A stretch of 64,000 nt of DNA from Camelus ferus (taxonomy: Eukaryota). The notes beneath the pieces were generated by a model. The model searched no databases. It had not been told where the DNA came from and worked only from the letters and a program-made list of their open reading frames with translations. Below are positions 1 through 13,400 of this stretch, piece by piece. A program made the position numbers and the translations under genes. The first letter of the stretch is position 1; each line of letters starts with the position of its first letter. The DNA is taken from NCBI RefSeq assembly GCF_009834535.1, contig NC_045715.1, positions 5,022,001 through 5,086,000 of the forward strand, in the 5' to 3' direction.

Positions 1-924
1 GAAGCACAGTCAGGACGCAGTCACACATCTCCCGGGCCAGGTTTTTGTTTCCCTGATTTGTGTTTCTGCTGATGTACGGGTCAGATACTATACACCTGGC
101 TGGTAATGAGAGGCGGGAGCGGGAGCTCGGTCATCTCATTAACTTCCCAGTGTTTCTGTTTTAAAGCTGAAATGCGCTTCTGGGGACAAAAGTCAGAGTC
201 CTGGGTAACTTAACAGTCGTCTGATGGCTGTCTGTTCTGAAAGCTTGCCAAGGACATGAGAACGTGGATGTGGCTTAAAACAATGTGTGTTATGTTCTTG
301 CTGCAACACCAGACTGGAATGTCTGCCCTTGGCACGTCCGAGAGATGACACTGATGATTTGGAAATCTACATGAGCTCATGCGAAAGACGAGATAATAGA
401 CTCACTACATAGTGTGAAACTTGTGGAATAATGTTTGATTCTTTCTGTGTGGCATTCTTAAATTTGAAGTAGTGGAGACTCCAATTAGACAGATTTAATT
501 TTTAAAAAGCTAACGTAAATCCACAATCTTAATACGGCCAACATTAATTGAAATGAAGGTGTTGAGTATATATAGTAATTTCTCTTTGAAATGGGCTGAG
601 GGGAGTTTTTGCGTCCAGAAAAGCAATGCTAAATCCTGGATTTAAAGAGTCAACAGTTGCACTGATGAAAACAATTTAAAGAAAGAAACAATGAAATACT
701 TCTAGGTCAGCTGTTTAGCTTGGGAAGTAGTACCTAGTGGAGCTGAATGAACAATTTTTTATGGACATTTAAAAATAACTGAATGTGGGAACCTCTGTTC
801 ATATCTTATAATATTATATCACACGTGGGTAAACACACAGCTGTGCATACCACTTGCATGTGCCCGGGTAGATTTTTTTTTTTCCTTCAGAGGATATGAT
901 CTAGGTTTCAAAGATCTCATTCCT

Positions 925-1066
925 TTTTTTTTTTTTTTTTTTTTAATTTTTTTGGGGGTGGGAAGTGATTAGGTTTATTTATTTATTTATTTATTTTAAT
1001 GGAGGGACTAAGGATTGAACCCAGGACCTTGTGGATGTTAGGCACTGTGCTCTACCCTCCCCAACT
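925..1066 (-). mobile_element. tRNA-Ala-derived SINE (camelid vic-1-like), DSP intron 4
   Basis: Reverse complement of the B-box GGTTCAATCC plus the aataaacctaat/cccc tail; degenerate TSD aagatctcattcct (911-924) / aaggacctcatttct (1067-1081). Confidence 0.85.
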
Positions 1067-1335
1067 AAGGACCTCATTTCTGAATCCTCTCTCCTCAGCC
1101 CATCTTGAGCTGGGGACAAGTAAGTTAAGGGAAGTCATATTTGGCAACCCCACCCTCCCCCCACCATTAGCTGTAAATCCCAAACCTTTGCAAAATTTTT
1201 TTTTTTTTGTTTCAAAAATATTGACTATTTACATCTTTGTGTAATCTGAGTGGAAGTGTGTATGCCTGCGGTGCCCTGAGCCCTGATGCTGCAGGTGAGG
1301 GGTGGGAATGAAGGACACACTCTCTCTCTCGGCAG

Positions 1336-1464
1336 GCAGAGATGGACTTGATGGCCTGGGGTGTGGACCTGGCCTCGGTGGAACAGAACATTCACAGCCA
1401 CAGGAGCATCCACAACACCATCGGGGACTACCGCTGGCAGCTGGACAAAATCAAAGCCGACCTG
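1336..1464 (+). CDS. DSP: DSP exon 5 (129 nt)
   Basis: ggcag|GCAGAG...GACCTG|gtactt; [43 protein letters not shown]. Confidence 0.95.
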
Positions 1465-4400
1465 GTACTTTGGAATCTTTCCTTTCTGAGTCTTCAAAGA
1501 GCACAGTGAAGGGTTGTGTAATTACTCCATCCCAGCAGTGGTGGCTGAAACGGGAATCTGTGATTTCTTCCCCAACAGACTGGGAATTTTAGAAAATCCC
1601 ATTTTGTAAATGGGGATGTGGAAACAGATAGACCTACTCCAGATGGTGCTAACCTTTTCCAGGACTGAGGGTGCACACACACGCATTTAGTGCAGTTGGT
1701 AAATGAATATTTGGAGGGTAGTAATTCGTTTCTGCAGAAAGCAGAGCACATCTTCAAATGGAGAAAATGGGACAATCGTGTAGTTTTATTTTGGTGAATC
1801 CTTGAGTCCTTTCCTATGTGGTAATTGAAGTGTATTTCTTCTTTATTTTTTTAATGGGGGTACTGGGGATTGAACCCAGGACCTAATGCATGCTAAGCAT
1901 GAGCTCTGCCACTGAGCTATTACTTTCCCTGCCTAAAATGTATTACTTAAAAAAAATTTTGGGGGGGGTCTTTTTTCTTTTTAAATTAAAGTGTAGTTAA
2001 TTTACAATGTTGTGTTAGTTTCTGGTGTACAGCATAGTTATACATATATATATATTCCTTTTCATATTCTTTTTCATTATAGTCTATTACAAGATGTTGA
2101 ATAGAGTACCCTATGCTATACAGTAGGATCTTGGTGTTAAAGACCTTTTTTTATTTTTAAATTTTTTGGGGAGGGGCTAATTAGGTTTGTTTGTTTGTTT
2201 GTTTTTTTTAATGGAGGTACTTGGGATTGAACCCAGGACCTCATGCATGCTAAGCACGTGCTCTACCGCTGAGCTATACCTGGCCCCCATCCTAAAATGT
2301 GATGTTTAGTTTTATTTTATTTTATTTGTTGGAGGGGGCGGTAACTGGGTTTATTTATTTATTCGTAGAGGAGGTACTGGGGATTGAACCCAGGACCTCA
2401 GGCATGCTAAGCACGCGCTCTACCGCTTGAGTTATATCCTACCCCTGAATGTGTATTTCTAATAAAGGAAATTGTGTCTCATCCTGAATGTTTTCCTGGA
2501 GGAAAGGACTGACTTGAAGCTGGGTCCAGAATTATAGCCTAAAATATTGATCTGATCTTAAGTGCCTGGTTTCCACCCCCCCCAGGTCTCTACACTTTTA
2601 AATCACTGACTTTTGTACTTTATCTCACATCTTATGCCCTCCCTTTTTTTTTTGCCTACTTTTGTCCACCTGAGTATCTGATCAGAATTTTCCCTCTGTT
2701 CTCTGAGACCTAGGGAGTCCTAAATGATATTTTCAAACTTTTAAAACTGTGTAACAGTGAGTCTTTAAGTGACAGTGATGAGCCCTTTGCTTTGGAGAGG
2801 TGCCACCCCCACGCCAGTGAGGGTCTGCCTTCAGACCAGCTGGGAAAGATCCCTGTGGGTGAACGGTTTCATAGGGCAAATCCCCCTTTCTCCTGGGGGA
2901 GCTGAAATTAGTACGTATCTGATGAGAAGGAGGTTTAGAAGGGCTGTTCTTGCTGTGCAAACCCTCGGGGCGAATTAAATAATTACCTGCTGTTGGTCTC
3001 CTTCTAGCGTGAGAAATCTGCGATCTACCAACTGGAGGAGGAGTATGAGAACCTGCTGGTAAGCCCACTTATTTCTAAAGGGTCTGTGTTCAAGGCAGTT
3101 CAGGTCCATAAACATGGGGTTTATGAAGGTAAGTCATCTGCTCGGTGTTAAGGACCCTGGAAGTACCTGGAAAATGTCCCGAGGGGCTTATAGATGCTAA
3201 CTTCATTTCTACTGCTGCCTCCCCTTTAGAAGGGACTTTTAAAAGACTTTTTCTGAAATCAGTCCTGTGCGTGGTGCTGTTCTGTTTGTCACTTGAGTGT
3301 CACCTAAATGGCATTTGTTCAGTACTTGCAGTTAAAGCCGTAAAGCTCTTCCACTTGTGAATTGCAGCCTTTTATGACATATAAGCAAAAATAAGACTGT
3401 GTTTTCCTTTGAGAAAGATTTAGCAGACCGTCACCACCATTTATTTGAGGACAAACTGAATTATTACTTGACTCATAAGAAGAACTGTTTCCTTTCTTCT
3501 GCCTATTTGGGTCACCCCATCTTCACTTTTCCATATTTCCTTATTGGTCACAATACTTTTTAAATAATGGGGCTTAGTCGTGACACAACTCTTTTCCAAA
3601 GTGGGACTCATGGCACCTTGAATTTTGGGGATGTGGGAGAGGGAAGGAAAAGCTTGATTTATCCTTTTAAGAATCCATTTACCCTTCATAATCTAAAACT
3701 AATTATTGAACCCAAACGTCAGTGTCTGGATTAAGACTCTTCTGGGTTAGGCTGTTGCCTTGAATCTAAAATTGCCCCCAAGTTGGGGTGGGTCCTTTCC
3801 ACATACCAGGTGGTCACTAAACACAAGAGGTTAACGTTGTATTGATTCTTGGGATTTTTGTGGGTCAAGGGGACCACCTGGGTTTATCTGTGAAATCCAC
3901 AGAGAGCACCATTCACCTGCATGTGGTAATTCTAATGCTGCTTTGACCCTCCTGTGCAGAAAGCATCCTTTGAGAGGATGGACCACCTGCGGCAGCTGCA
4001 GAACATCATCCAGGCCACGTCCCGCGAGATCATGTGGATCAACGACTGTGAGGAGGAGGAGCTGCTGTACGACTGGAGTGACAAGAACACCAACATCGCC
4101 CAGAAGCAGGAGGCCTTCTCAGTAAGCCCCCAGAGGCGGGAGCTGGGGGCCCTTCCCTCGAGGTGCTGCCTCAGCGGCTGCGCGGTGGCCAGGAATGGGC
4201 TTGGAGTCATTTAATCGGCCACTTGTAATTCAGCTTCAGTTGAACGGTCAGGAAAAAAAAACATTCCTTCCCGACAGCTCTTCAGTGACTTAAGAGGGGC
4301 AGGGTGGGGCTCAGGCATCTCAGAAGACAGTAGACGGGGTAAGATGAGTCCCCTCAGGTGCCACTGAGGGTGTGTAGTGCGGAGGCTTCACCTGCGTGAA

Positions 4401-7400
4401 CCCGGATGAGACGTGTCACCAGTCTGGCCTCAGCCACATACTGAAGGGTCTCAGACATCCTTTCTGGTCTTAAAAATGCCACGATTCTTAAGGAAAGCAT
4501 AAGACAACTGTTTGGCCTCATTCATTGCCGAAGTGCAGTTTTGTATTTTACTTCCTGTAACTCCGGTGGGAGGGACGGAGGGCCGCCAGTGACTTGTTCT
4601 TGAGGACTTGTTTTTCTTTCCTTCACAGATTCGCATGAGTCAGCTGGAAGTTAAAGAGAAAGAACTCAATAAGCTAAAACAAGAAAGTGACCAACTTGTC
4701 CTCAGTCAACACCCAGCTTCAGACAAAATTGAGGTCGGTCTCATGAGATTCACATTTTTGTCATGGGGTCTGGGGAGGAAGGGATCCTTTTCAAAAAGAA
4801 AGACTATACAGATAAATGATTCTTATCCGTCACAAAGCCATGCCGAGTTTATTTTATATTTTGAGATCATCACCCTAGACCAGGATTGGCAAGCTTTCTC
4901 TGGAAAGGATCAAATAATAAATATTTGAGACTGGCAGGGTATGTGATTTCTGTTGAAATTAACTCTGCCATTGTATGGTGAAAGCAACCATGGCAACTTG
5001 TGAGCAAACGATTGTGGCTGTGTTCCAATAAAACTTTACTGATAAATGCTGGTGGTGGGCTGGATGTGGCCCTTGGACTGTAGTGTGCTGACCTGTGTCC
5101 TAGATCGCCATCCGTGGGCTGCACTCAAGGCTGACACCAGCTGGTAGCACTGGTGTGGCCATATTGGTTGCTAAACAAATCAAAATATTTTCATACCAGT
5201 TGGTAAGAGTCATTGCCTTAAGCCCCTCAACCCTCCGTGTGGGTACCTTGGGCCTCCCTGTGACCTAGCAGCTGTACAGGACCTGGGGCTGACGCCCCAG
5301 TGCCCTCCCCAGTGTCGGTTCCGGTTGCTCAGTGGCTGTGCCCCATTTGGGTCAATCTTTTGACTAATACCCCTAATGGTCTCCGTCTGTTAGAACTTAA
5401 ATTTGATTTTTACGATACGAGGAGTTCCCTGTTGGGAAAGTTTGGTTTCAAATTTTAGAAAAAAAAAGTTGGCTCGATTTGGAATCAGATGACAAAGGCT
5501 TCAGATCGTTCATTCAGGCTCACCCACCTCCAGATGAGTGGATGCCTCTCTGTGGAGGGACAGCAGTGGTTTTCTTGTTTCAGGCGTACATGGATACCCT
5601 TCAGACACAGTGGAGCTGGATTCTTCAGATCACCAAATGCATTGATGTTCATCTCAAAGAGAATGCTGCCTACTTTCAGGTGTTTATACTTCGTAATCAT
5701 TGAATTGTGTCTTAAGTCTTAATACCTTATCTTTTTTTCTTTTTATGTTGGAACTGGCTTTGTAGTCTATTTTTTTAACTTTTATTTTGGGGGGAGCTAA
5801 TTACGTTTATTTTTTTAAATGGGAAGTGGTACCTGATGGAGCTGAATGAACTATTTTTGATGGACATTTAAAAAAAAACGAATATGGAAACTTCTGTTTG
5901 TATCTTACAACATTGTATCATATGTTGGTATCCACACACAGCTGTATAGACACACACCCCCCGTTTGCATGTGCCTGGGTAGATTTTTTTTTTCTTCAGA
6001 GGACCTGATACGGGTTTCAAGGATCTCACTTCTTTTCTTTTTTAAGTTTTGGGGGGAGGTAATTAGGTTTATTTACTAATTTTCATGGAGGTGCTGGGGA
6101 TTGAACCCAGGACCTCATGCATGCTAGGCACGCACTCTACCACTGAGCTATACCCTCAACTGTTAATACCCTATCTTTTGAAGGTGTTTGAAAAATCACT
6201 GGGAGCAGTCTTCACAGTAGTGCATAAATACTATTTATTGGTTTTTAGTTTAGAAAAACATAGATTGGTCACCAATCAGGTAGTCTTTTGGTGTCACGTA
6301 AGTTAATAGACTTTCTGTCTGCTCTTTTCCTTGAACCACCTGTCAGATAGACCCGTAGGGAAGACAGTCCCTGAAGTAGAAATACTAGGCCGTACTGCTT
6401 ATTGAGTTGCTGTTTGTTGACTTGAAGTCCCCCCCATTCTTCATAGTTTTTTGAAGAGGCCCAGTCGACAGAAGCCTACCTGAAGGACCTCCAGGACTCC
6501 ATCAGGAAGAAGTACCTGTGTGACAAGAGCACGCCCCTGCAGCGCCTGCTGGGGCAGATCAAGGAGCTGGAGGTACCGCCCGGCCTGGGCCCTCAGCGGC
6601 CTCCCCTGGGGGTGGCAATAGGCGTGCCCTCCGACGCAGTTCAGGCTTGAGCTTTTCTGCAGAACGAGCGCCCAGGGTGCAAGCCAGCATAGTCTTCATT
6701 TTCAGTGGCTTTTCTCAAAGTGCATTCTTTGCACACTCAGCCACTGATGAAAATTACTTTCACTTCAGTAGTTTCTGTCACTCAAAGCAAAAGTGGAGAG
6801 ACTGCTGATGACTTAAATGCCAATTCCCTTGGGAAAGCATACTTCACATTTTATCAGCACGGTCCTTTCACGCCCTGATGGTCTTTCCCGCCCACCTAGT
6901 TCATGGCTGCGGTGCCTCTGCAGGGGCTGTGTGGGAAAGGCACCCACGGTCCCTGCAGCTGGAGGAACCGGTGGCTTTTTACAGCTGATGCACCTTTGCT
7001 GGTATCTCATTTGTAATGTCATGATAGCTGCAGTCATGCCCTATGAAGATCTCACGTAACATTCACAGAGTATCTATGTTTAAGTATGATTTTATTTGCA
7101 ACGACAGAAAGAACGAGAGAAAATCCTTGAATACAAGCGTCAGGTGCAGAACTTGGTAAACAAGTCCAAGAAGATCGTGCAACTGAAGCCGCGGAACCCG
7201 GACTACAGAAGCAATAAGCCCATCATTCTCCGGGCTCTCTGTGACTACAAGCAGGACCAGGTGTGTGCTCGGTTCCTCGGAATGCTGCCAGACTTTCTCC
7301 TCCCTTTACGTACAGATTTTTGTCCTTTAGGAGAGCAGAACTTTATTAAAGTTTCAGTGCGCACCCTAGTAAATATCTTCCTTTTGTACACAAAACAACA

Positions 7401-10400
7401 AGCTCTCGAAAAAATGCAATGGTTTTGTTCTGCATCATCTGATAGTTGTCAGTAATTAGAACAATAGTTATTTATAAACTATGCTAATTTTAAGGCTTAA
7501 TACCTTTGGTTCTTCTAATATGCAAAACTTACTTATCCATGATTACTCTTATCTCTGAATTTCTGAGACGAAAGAAAAATGAGAAACATGACCATTAGGC
7601 TGCATGTAAACTGAATGTCATTGCAGATTCTATGCGGTAATTAAAGATCAATTCTTTAGGCTCAGTGGTACATACAAACATTCACACAGGAAGATGATTT
7701 GTTTTTAGTAATTATTTATGTAATTCTCCCAGCTCTATTTTCTTATAAAAATTAAGGAGGATTTAAGAAATATCAAAAAAAAAATGAAAAAAAAAGAGAA
7801 ACATCAAATATGATCAGTTGGTTACGCAGATGTCAGAAAACAGTGGAGTTCATCCTACCATGCAGAAATGTTTCAAGAACTTGTGTGGAGAGAAGAAAGG
7901 TGAAGTGGAGCTTGTAATACCTCAATGTTCAAGCTTGTTTCATTTGACTAGTTAAGAGAGTTGTCATATTTTAAGTACCCATTTTAAGAAGCGATAGAGT
8001 TAATTTAGAAAAGAAGCTATTTAGATGCTGGAGTTAATTGAGAAAGTTTTCTGAGGCCCTGATAGCAGAATCTTTGTTTTTATTTTTAAGAGCAAATGAA
8101 TGGGACAGACAACTCCCGCACTCTGAAATCTACTATATAAAACACAAACTCAACAAAAATAGAAAAGCCAGAGGGTGACTTTTTGCCTTCCTGAAGGATC
8201 CCTCACTTCACTGGTAGATGCCCCAGGCCATCTCTGGAAAGTTGCCCCCCCCCATTCACTTCGTACACACCTCGCAGGCTCCCCTGTCTTGCGTAAAGCA
8301 TCAGTCTTGGGTGTTGTTGGGACCAGCTTCCGTGGAGGAAACGCTAGTCAGATAAAAGCTAAAAAACCCGTTTGCATTCTGTCTTCACTGCTGCTTCTGT
8401 CTTTGAGATAAAAGATACACATGTGGACTCGTGAATAAAGCCCAAACCCGGGGCTGCTTGCCTTTTGCAGAAAATCGTCCACAAAGGGGATGAGTGCATC
8501 CTGAAGGACAACAACGAGCGCAGCAAGTGGTACGTGACCGGCCCGGGCGGCGTGGACATGCTCGTGCCCTCCGTGGGCCTCATCATCCCCCCGCCCAACC
8601 CTCTGGCCGTGGACCTCTCGGGCAAGTACGTGGTGGGTGCTCCTCCTGGCTGTGACGTGACCACAGGTGGGAGAAGTCGGGCCAATGCTCACATTGGACA
8701 GTTAGACACACCGTTCCTTACTGATCACCCCCCCCCCCACCGAGGGGAACCTGGTGAGGGTCCCGTGCCATCTACTTCATGTGAAGGTCCTACAGTTATT
8801 ACTGCAGAATAGGAATGTCTGCTTTTTTTGAGAGGGGAGGTAGTTAGGTTTATTTTTAGAGGAGGTACTGGGGGATTGAACCCAGGACCTCGTGCATGCT
8901 AGGCACGCACTCTGCCACTGAGCTGTACCCTTCCCCCTGGAGTAATCGTCCTTGTCCTGCACTTGAAAGGCATTGTTTCAAAATTCTTCTTCCTTTTAGA
9001 CAATCAGTAGTTTTGCCTGTAGCCTCAAATAGAAAAATGCCCTGAGCATCTATATTTGGCCATCAGTAGGTGGAGTGTTCCTTTCACAGACTGTCCATGG
9101 CAGATTCTTCCAGACTGTCTCTGGTGGAAGGCTTCCACCCCCTCGGGGTGGGGACAGTAGCACAATGAACTCGTTTGATGGAGAGCAAGTCTTTAGCGTG
9201 TTTTTTCCTTGGTGCCTCCTAGGATTGAGCAGTACTACGAAGCCATCCTGGCTCTGTGGAACCAGCTCTACATCAACATGAAGAGCCTGGTGTCCTGGCA
9301 CTACTGCCTGATCGACATCGAGAAGATCAGGGCCATGACCATCGCCAAGGTACGTCCTCAGGACCACCCGGCCACCTGGAGGTTTCCGCCAGGCGAGCCT
9401 TCTAGCTGTGCAGATGATGCTTTTGTGTCTCGGCAAGAGTCAGCTGAGCCTTCCTTAGAGGTTCTAGTCTGTCCAGCCGAGAATGGGAGGAATTCGCACG
9501 GGGCTCACTACTGACAAACAGAAGTACTAGTTAAAGTTACTTGACAAGCCAGAAGTACCTGTGGAAAAGGCATGGGGTCCTGTGATGCTCTGGGTACCAT
9601 CCACCTTCGATGTAATGGAAAATTAGTTTGTAATTATTGACTGGATATCACAGAAGTAAAAGGTGGGATAGAATTCTTGGAAGAACACCCAAAACATTAG
9701 TTACTCTATATCAGTGGTTTTCATGTTGGGGTCCGAGGATCCCAGGTGAGGGAGTCCTTTGGGATGCCCAGGACAACAGGGAGGAGAGGGGCATGGAATG
9801 AGGGAGTTGGGAGCTCCCCCCAACCCGTTTCCTCTTTCAAGTCAGAGCAGTTTTGCTGTGATCTGCTTTACATTTGGAGTTTCTGAGTCCTACTGCCTTT
9901 AGAGAATAAAATTCCATAGGAAGAGAAAAATTGACAACCCACCTGCTCGGAGTGTTGCCCCAGGCCCCACCGAGCCTAATGCATTTTCAAGCAAACTCTT
10001 CTTGGTCACACTTTGGGGCCGTCAGAAACACCCCTGCCTGGTTTACTTTCAGCTGAAAACCATGCGGCAGGAAGATTACATGAAGACAATATCTGACCTT
10101 GAGTTGCACTACCAAGAGTTCATCAGAAACAGCCAAGGCTCAGAGATGTTCGGGGATGATGACAAGCGGAAGATGCAGACCCAGTTCACGGATGCGCAGA
10201 AGCACTACCAGACCCTGGTCATTCAGCTCCCTGGCCACCCCCAGCACCAGACAGGTTGGTTTGGAGCTGCTCTCTGTTTGTATCCACCATACATACAGTT
10301 TGGTTTGTTTGTTTTTATTGAAGTATAGTTGATTTACAGTGTTGTGTTAATTTCTGGTGTACAGCACAGTGATTCAGTTATACATACATTCTTTTTTATG

Positions 10401-13400
10401 ATAGGTGATTATAAGCTAGTGAATATAGTTCCTTGTGCTATACTGTAGGACCTTGTTTATCTGTTTTATTTTTTATTGAAGTGTAGTCGGTTTACAATGT
10501 GTCAATTTCTGGTGTACAGCATAATGCTTCAGTCATACATATACATATATTCATTTTCATATTCTTTTTTATATTCATAGGTTAATACAAGATATTAAAT
10601 ATAGTTTCCTGTCCTATACAGAAGAAACTTGTTTATATATCTGTTTTATATGTAGTAGTTTGTATCTGCTAATCTCAAGCTCCTAGTTTATCCCTCCCCC
10701 CACCCCCACTTTCTCCTTTGGTAACCACACATTTGTCTTCTGTATCTGTGAGTCTCTTTCTGTTTGTAAATAAGATCATTTGTCTCATTTTTTAAGATTC
10801 CACATGGAAGTAATACCATATGGTATTTGTCTTTCTCCGACTTACTTTTTTAAAAAGCAAGTCGGTAGTTTGCCAAAAACCAGTTTCAGAATTGCTTCTT
10901 TGAAAGATAATATCTCAAAAGCCATTTATACACTAAATTTTCAGAATCATATCAAAGGAAGTAGCTACGCTGTCATGCAGTGTGGATGGTTTTGTATTTT
11001 GAGGTCTCATTCCCTTCTGGCCCGGAATCCTCTGACCCTTGTGCTCCTAATGTATTTTTACAGTAACCACAACTGAAATCACTCATCTCGGTTCCTGCCA
11101 AGATGTCAGCCGTAATAAAGTAATTGAAACCAACAGAGAAAGTGACAAGCAAGAGACGTGGATGCTGATTGAGCTGCAGAAGATTCGCAGGCAGATGGAG
11201 CACTGTGAGGGCAGGATGAGCCTGAAAAACCTTCTCCTGGCCGACCAAGGGTCCTCGCATCACATCACAGTCAAAATAAACGAGCTGAAGGTATGGATCC
11301 CTCAACATTTGGCTTGATTCCAGGTATCTTTACATTTAACCATGAACTAATTAAATACTTAAAGGCAAGAAAACCTTCATTTTTCAAGGAAACAGTCTTC
11401 TGGCATGATTTCCTTTTTTCTTTCCCCTGCTTCCAAATTTATAGAAGGTTACCTGGGCTGGAGATCAAACCATCTTTGCTGTTAGTGTGTGAGTTGTTGA
11501 CTCAGGCTGCAGTATCTGCCTTTTCTGCAGTGTCAAGTTTTTAACCACACATTAATTCGGCTTCTGCCTGAAGCAACCTATGATATGGGCTAGACAGGTA
11601 GAATGATCTTTATTTATAGACAGGAAACTGACCTGGAGAGATTGGGTGGGAGGCTGGGGTGGGGGATGTGTGAACTCCAAGCCATGTGCAGAGCTGGGAC
11701 GGCAGCCCAATATTTCAGTGTTTAGCTCTTTTCCACACAGCCAGGCCTGGGCACTGCATTGGGCGGTCCAAGGCATGTGTCCTAAGGAAGTGGGTCACAT
11801 TTATCCAGTGCTGGTAAGGCCTCCCTGCTGAAGCACACGGAAGGGCAACTCTGTTGCTTGAATCTTTGACATTTTGTAGGCTTTTTTTAATCCAAAAAAG
11901 AAAAATAAATAAATTTTTAAAACTCAAAAAAATTTTGTGGGCTTTTTGAGAACGCAGACAACGGTGAGAAGCACACAGCTAAATCCAAAGTGTTCTGCTT
12001 TTTTTGCACAGAGTGTGCAGGCTGATGCCCAGGCAATTGCTGAAGTTCTCAACCAGCTGAAGGACATGCTAGCTAACTTCAGAGGCTCAGAGAAATACTG
12101 CTATTTACAGAATGAGGTATTTGGATTGTTTCAGAAACTGGAAAACATCAATGGCGTGACAGACGGCTATTTAAATAGGTAAACGCGGCTGACACTCACC
12201 TCAGATGTTTGACTTGTCTGCAGCTTCATTTTTGATTTGTTTTCGGGGCTGCTTACTTTCCATTTCTCTTTTCGCTCGAGGCTCAGTCACATTCTGTGCT
12301 TTTGAAAGAGGGTCTTTACGCCCAGTGTCCTCATCCCCCTGTTCTGACATCAAATGTCCCTTACACCTAAAGCATCCTGTAAAGGCCAGAGCTCAGAATT
12401 TTAATGTTAATGCAACGTGGTAGTCAGAATCATGATAGCGAGGGAAAAAATGAATTGCTCTGCTGTTTATAAAATAAGCAAAATAAATATTTCTCCACTT
12501 TAATACAGTTTTCTTTTATTAATAGTGGCCAGAGCCAAATGTCCAAAGTCTGATTATGTCCCCGTCCGTTTTGTTCACCTCTTGCTCCTCACAGCTTGTG
12601 CACAGTCCGGGCGCTCCTGCAGGCCATTCTCCAAACAGAAGACATGTTAAAGGTGTACGAAGCCAGACTCACCGAAGAGGAAACTGTTTGCCTGGATCTG
12701 GATAAAGTGGAAGCGTACCGCTGTGGCCTGAAGGTGACGTGAAGGGCTGGCACAGTGGCCGCGCTTATGGGAAATAATACAGGACTACTCAGTCCCCAGT
12801 TATAAAGCTTCCCTAAGCTTTCATGAGATTCAAGGATGACTGGATTTTGTCGGCCACACATGGTTGACATCAGCCATTATCTCTGGTGCACTGTTGTCCA
12901 GGGCGTGTTGGCAGGAGCCACGTGAGAAAGTCATCTGTGGGGAGAGTAGTCTGGGGAATTCCAGTTAAACGTAGTTAAGCTGGTTACTGTTGTACTTTTC
13001 AGAAGCTTTACTGTGTTAGTATATTTTGTGATTTTTCAGGAATGGAATGGTTAATACACTTTATAATTTTTCAGGAATGGGGTGTCATATTTAGCATTTC
13101 CCAAACTAATTGACAATTTGCATACTTTTTTTAATGGGGTGGCACCAGGAGCAAGATTGCTGGCACAAATATTGGGGAATGACATCAGTAAATACATTTT
13201 CCTTGCAGTGTAGTGTCCGGCAGGAGATGAGATTGGTTTGTACTCTTTTTTTTTTTTTTTTTCCCCTCTTGTGACAGAAAATTAAAAGTGACTTGAACTT
13301 GAAGAAGTCATTGCTGGCCACCATGAAGACAGAGCTGCAGAAAGCCCAGCAGATCCACTCCCAGACTTCCCAGCAGTACCCGCTCTACGACCTGGACCTG

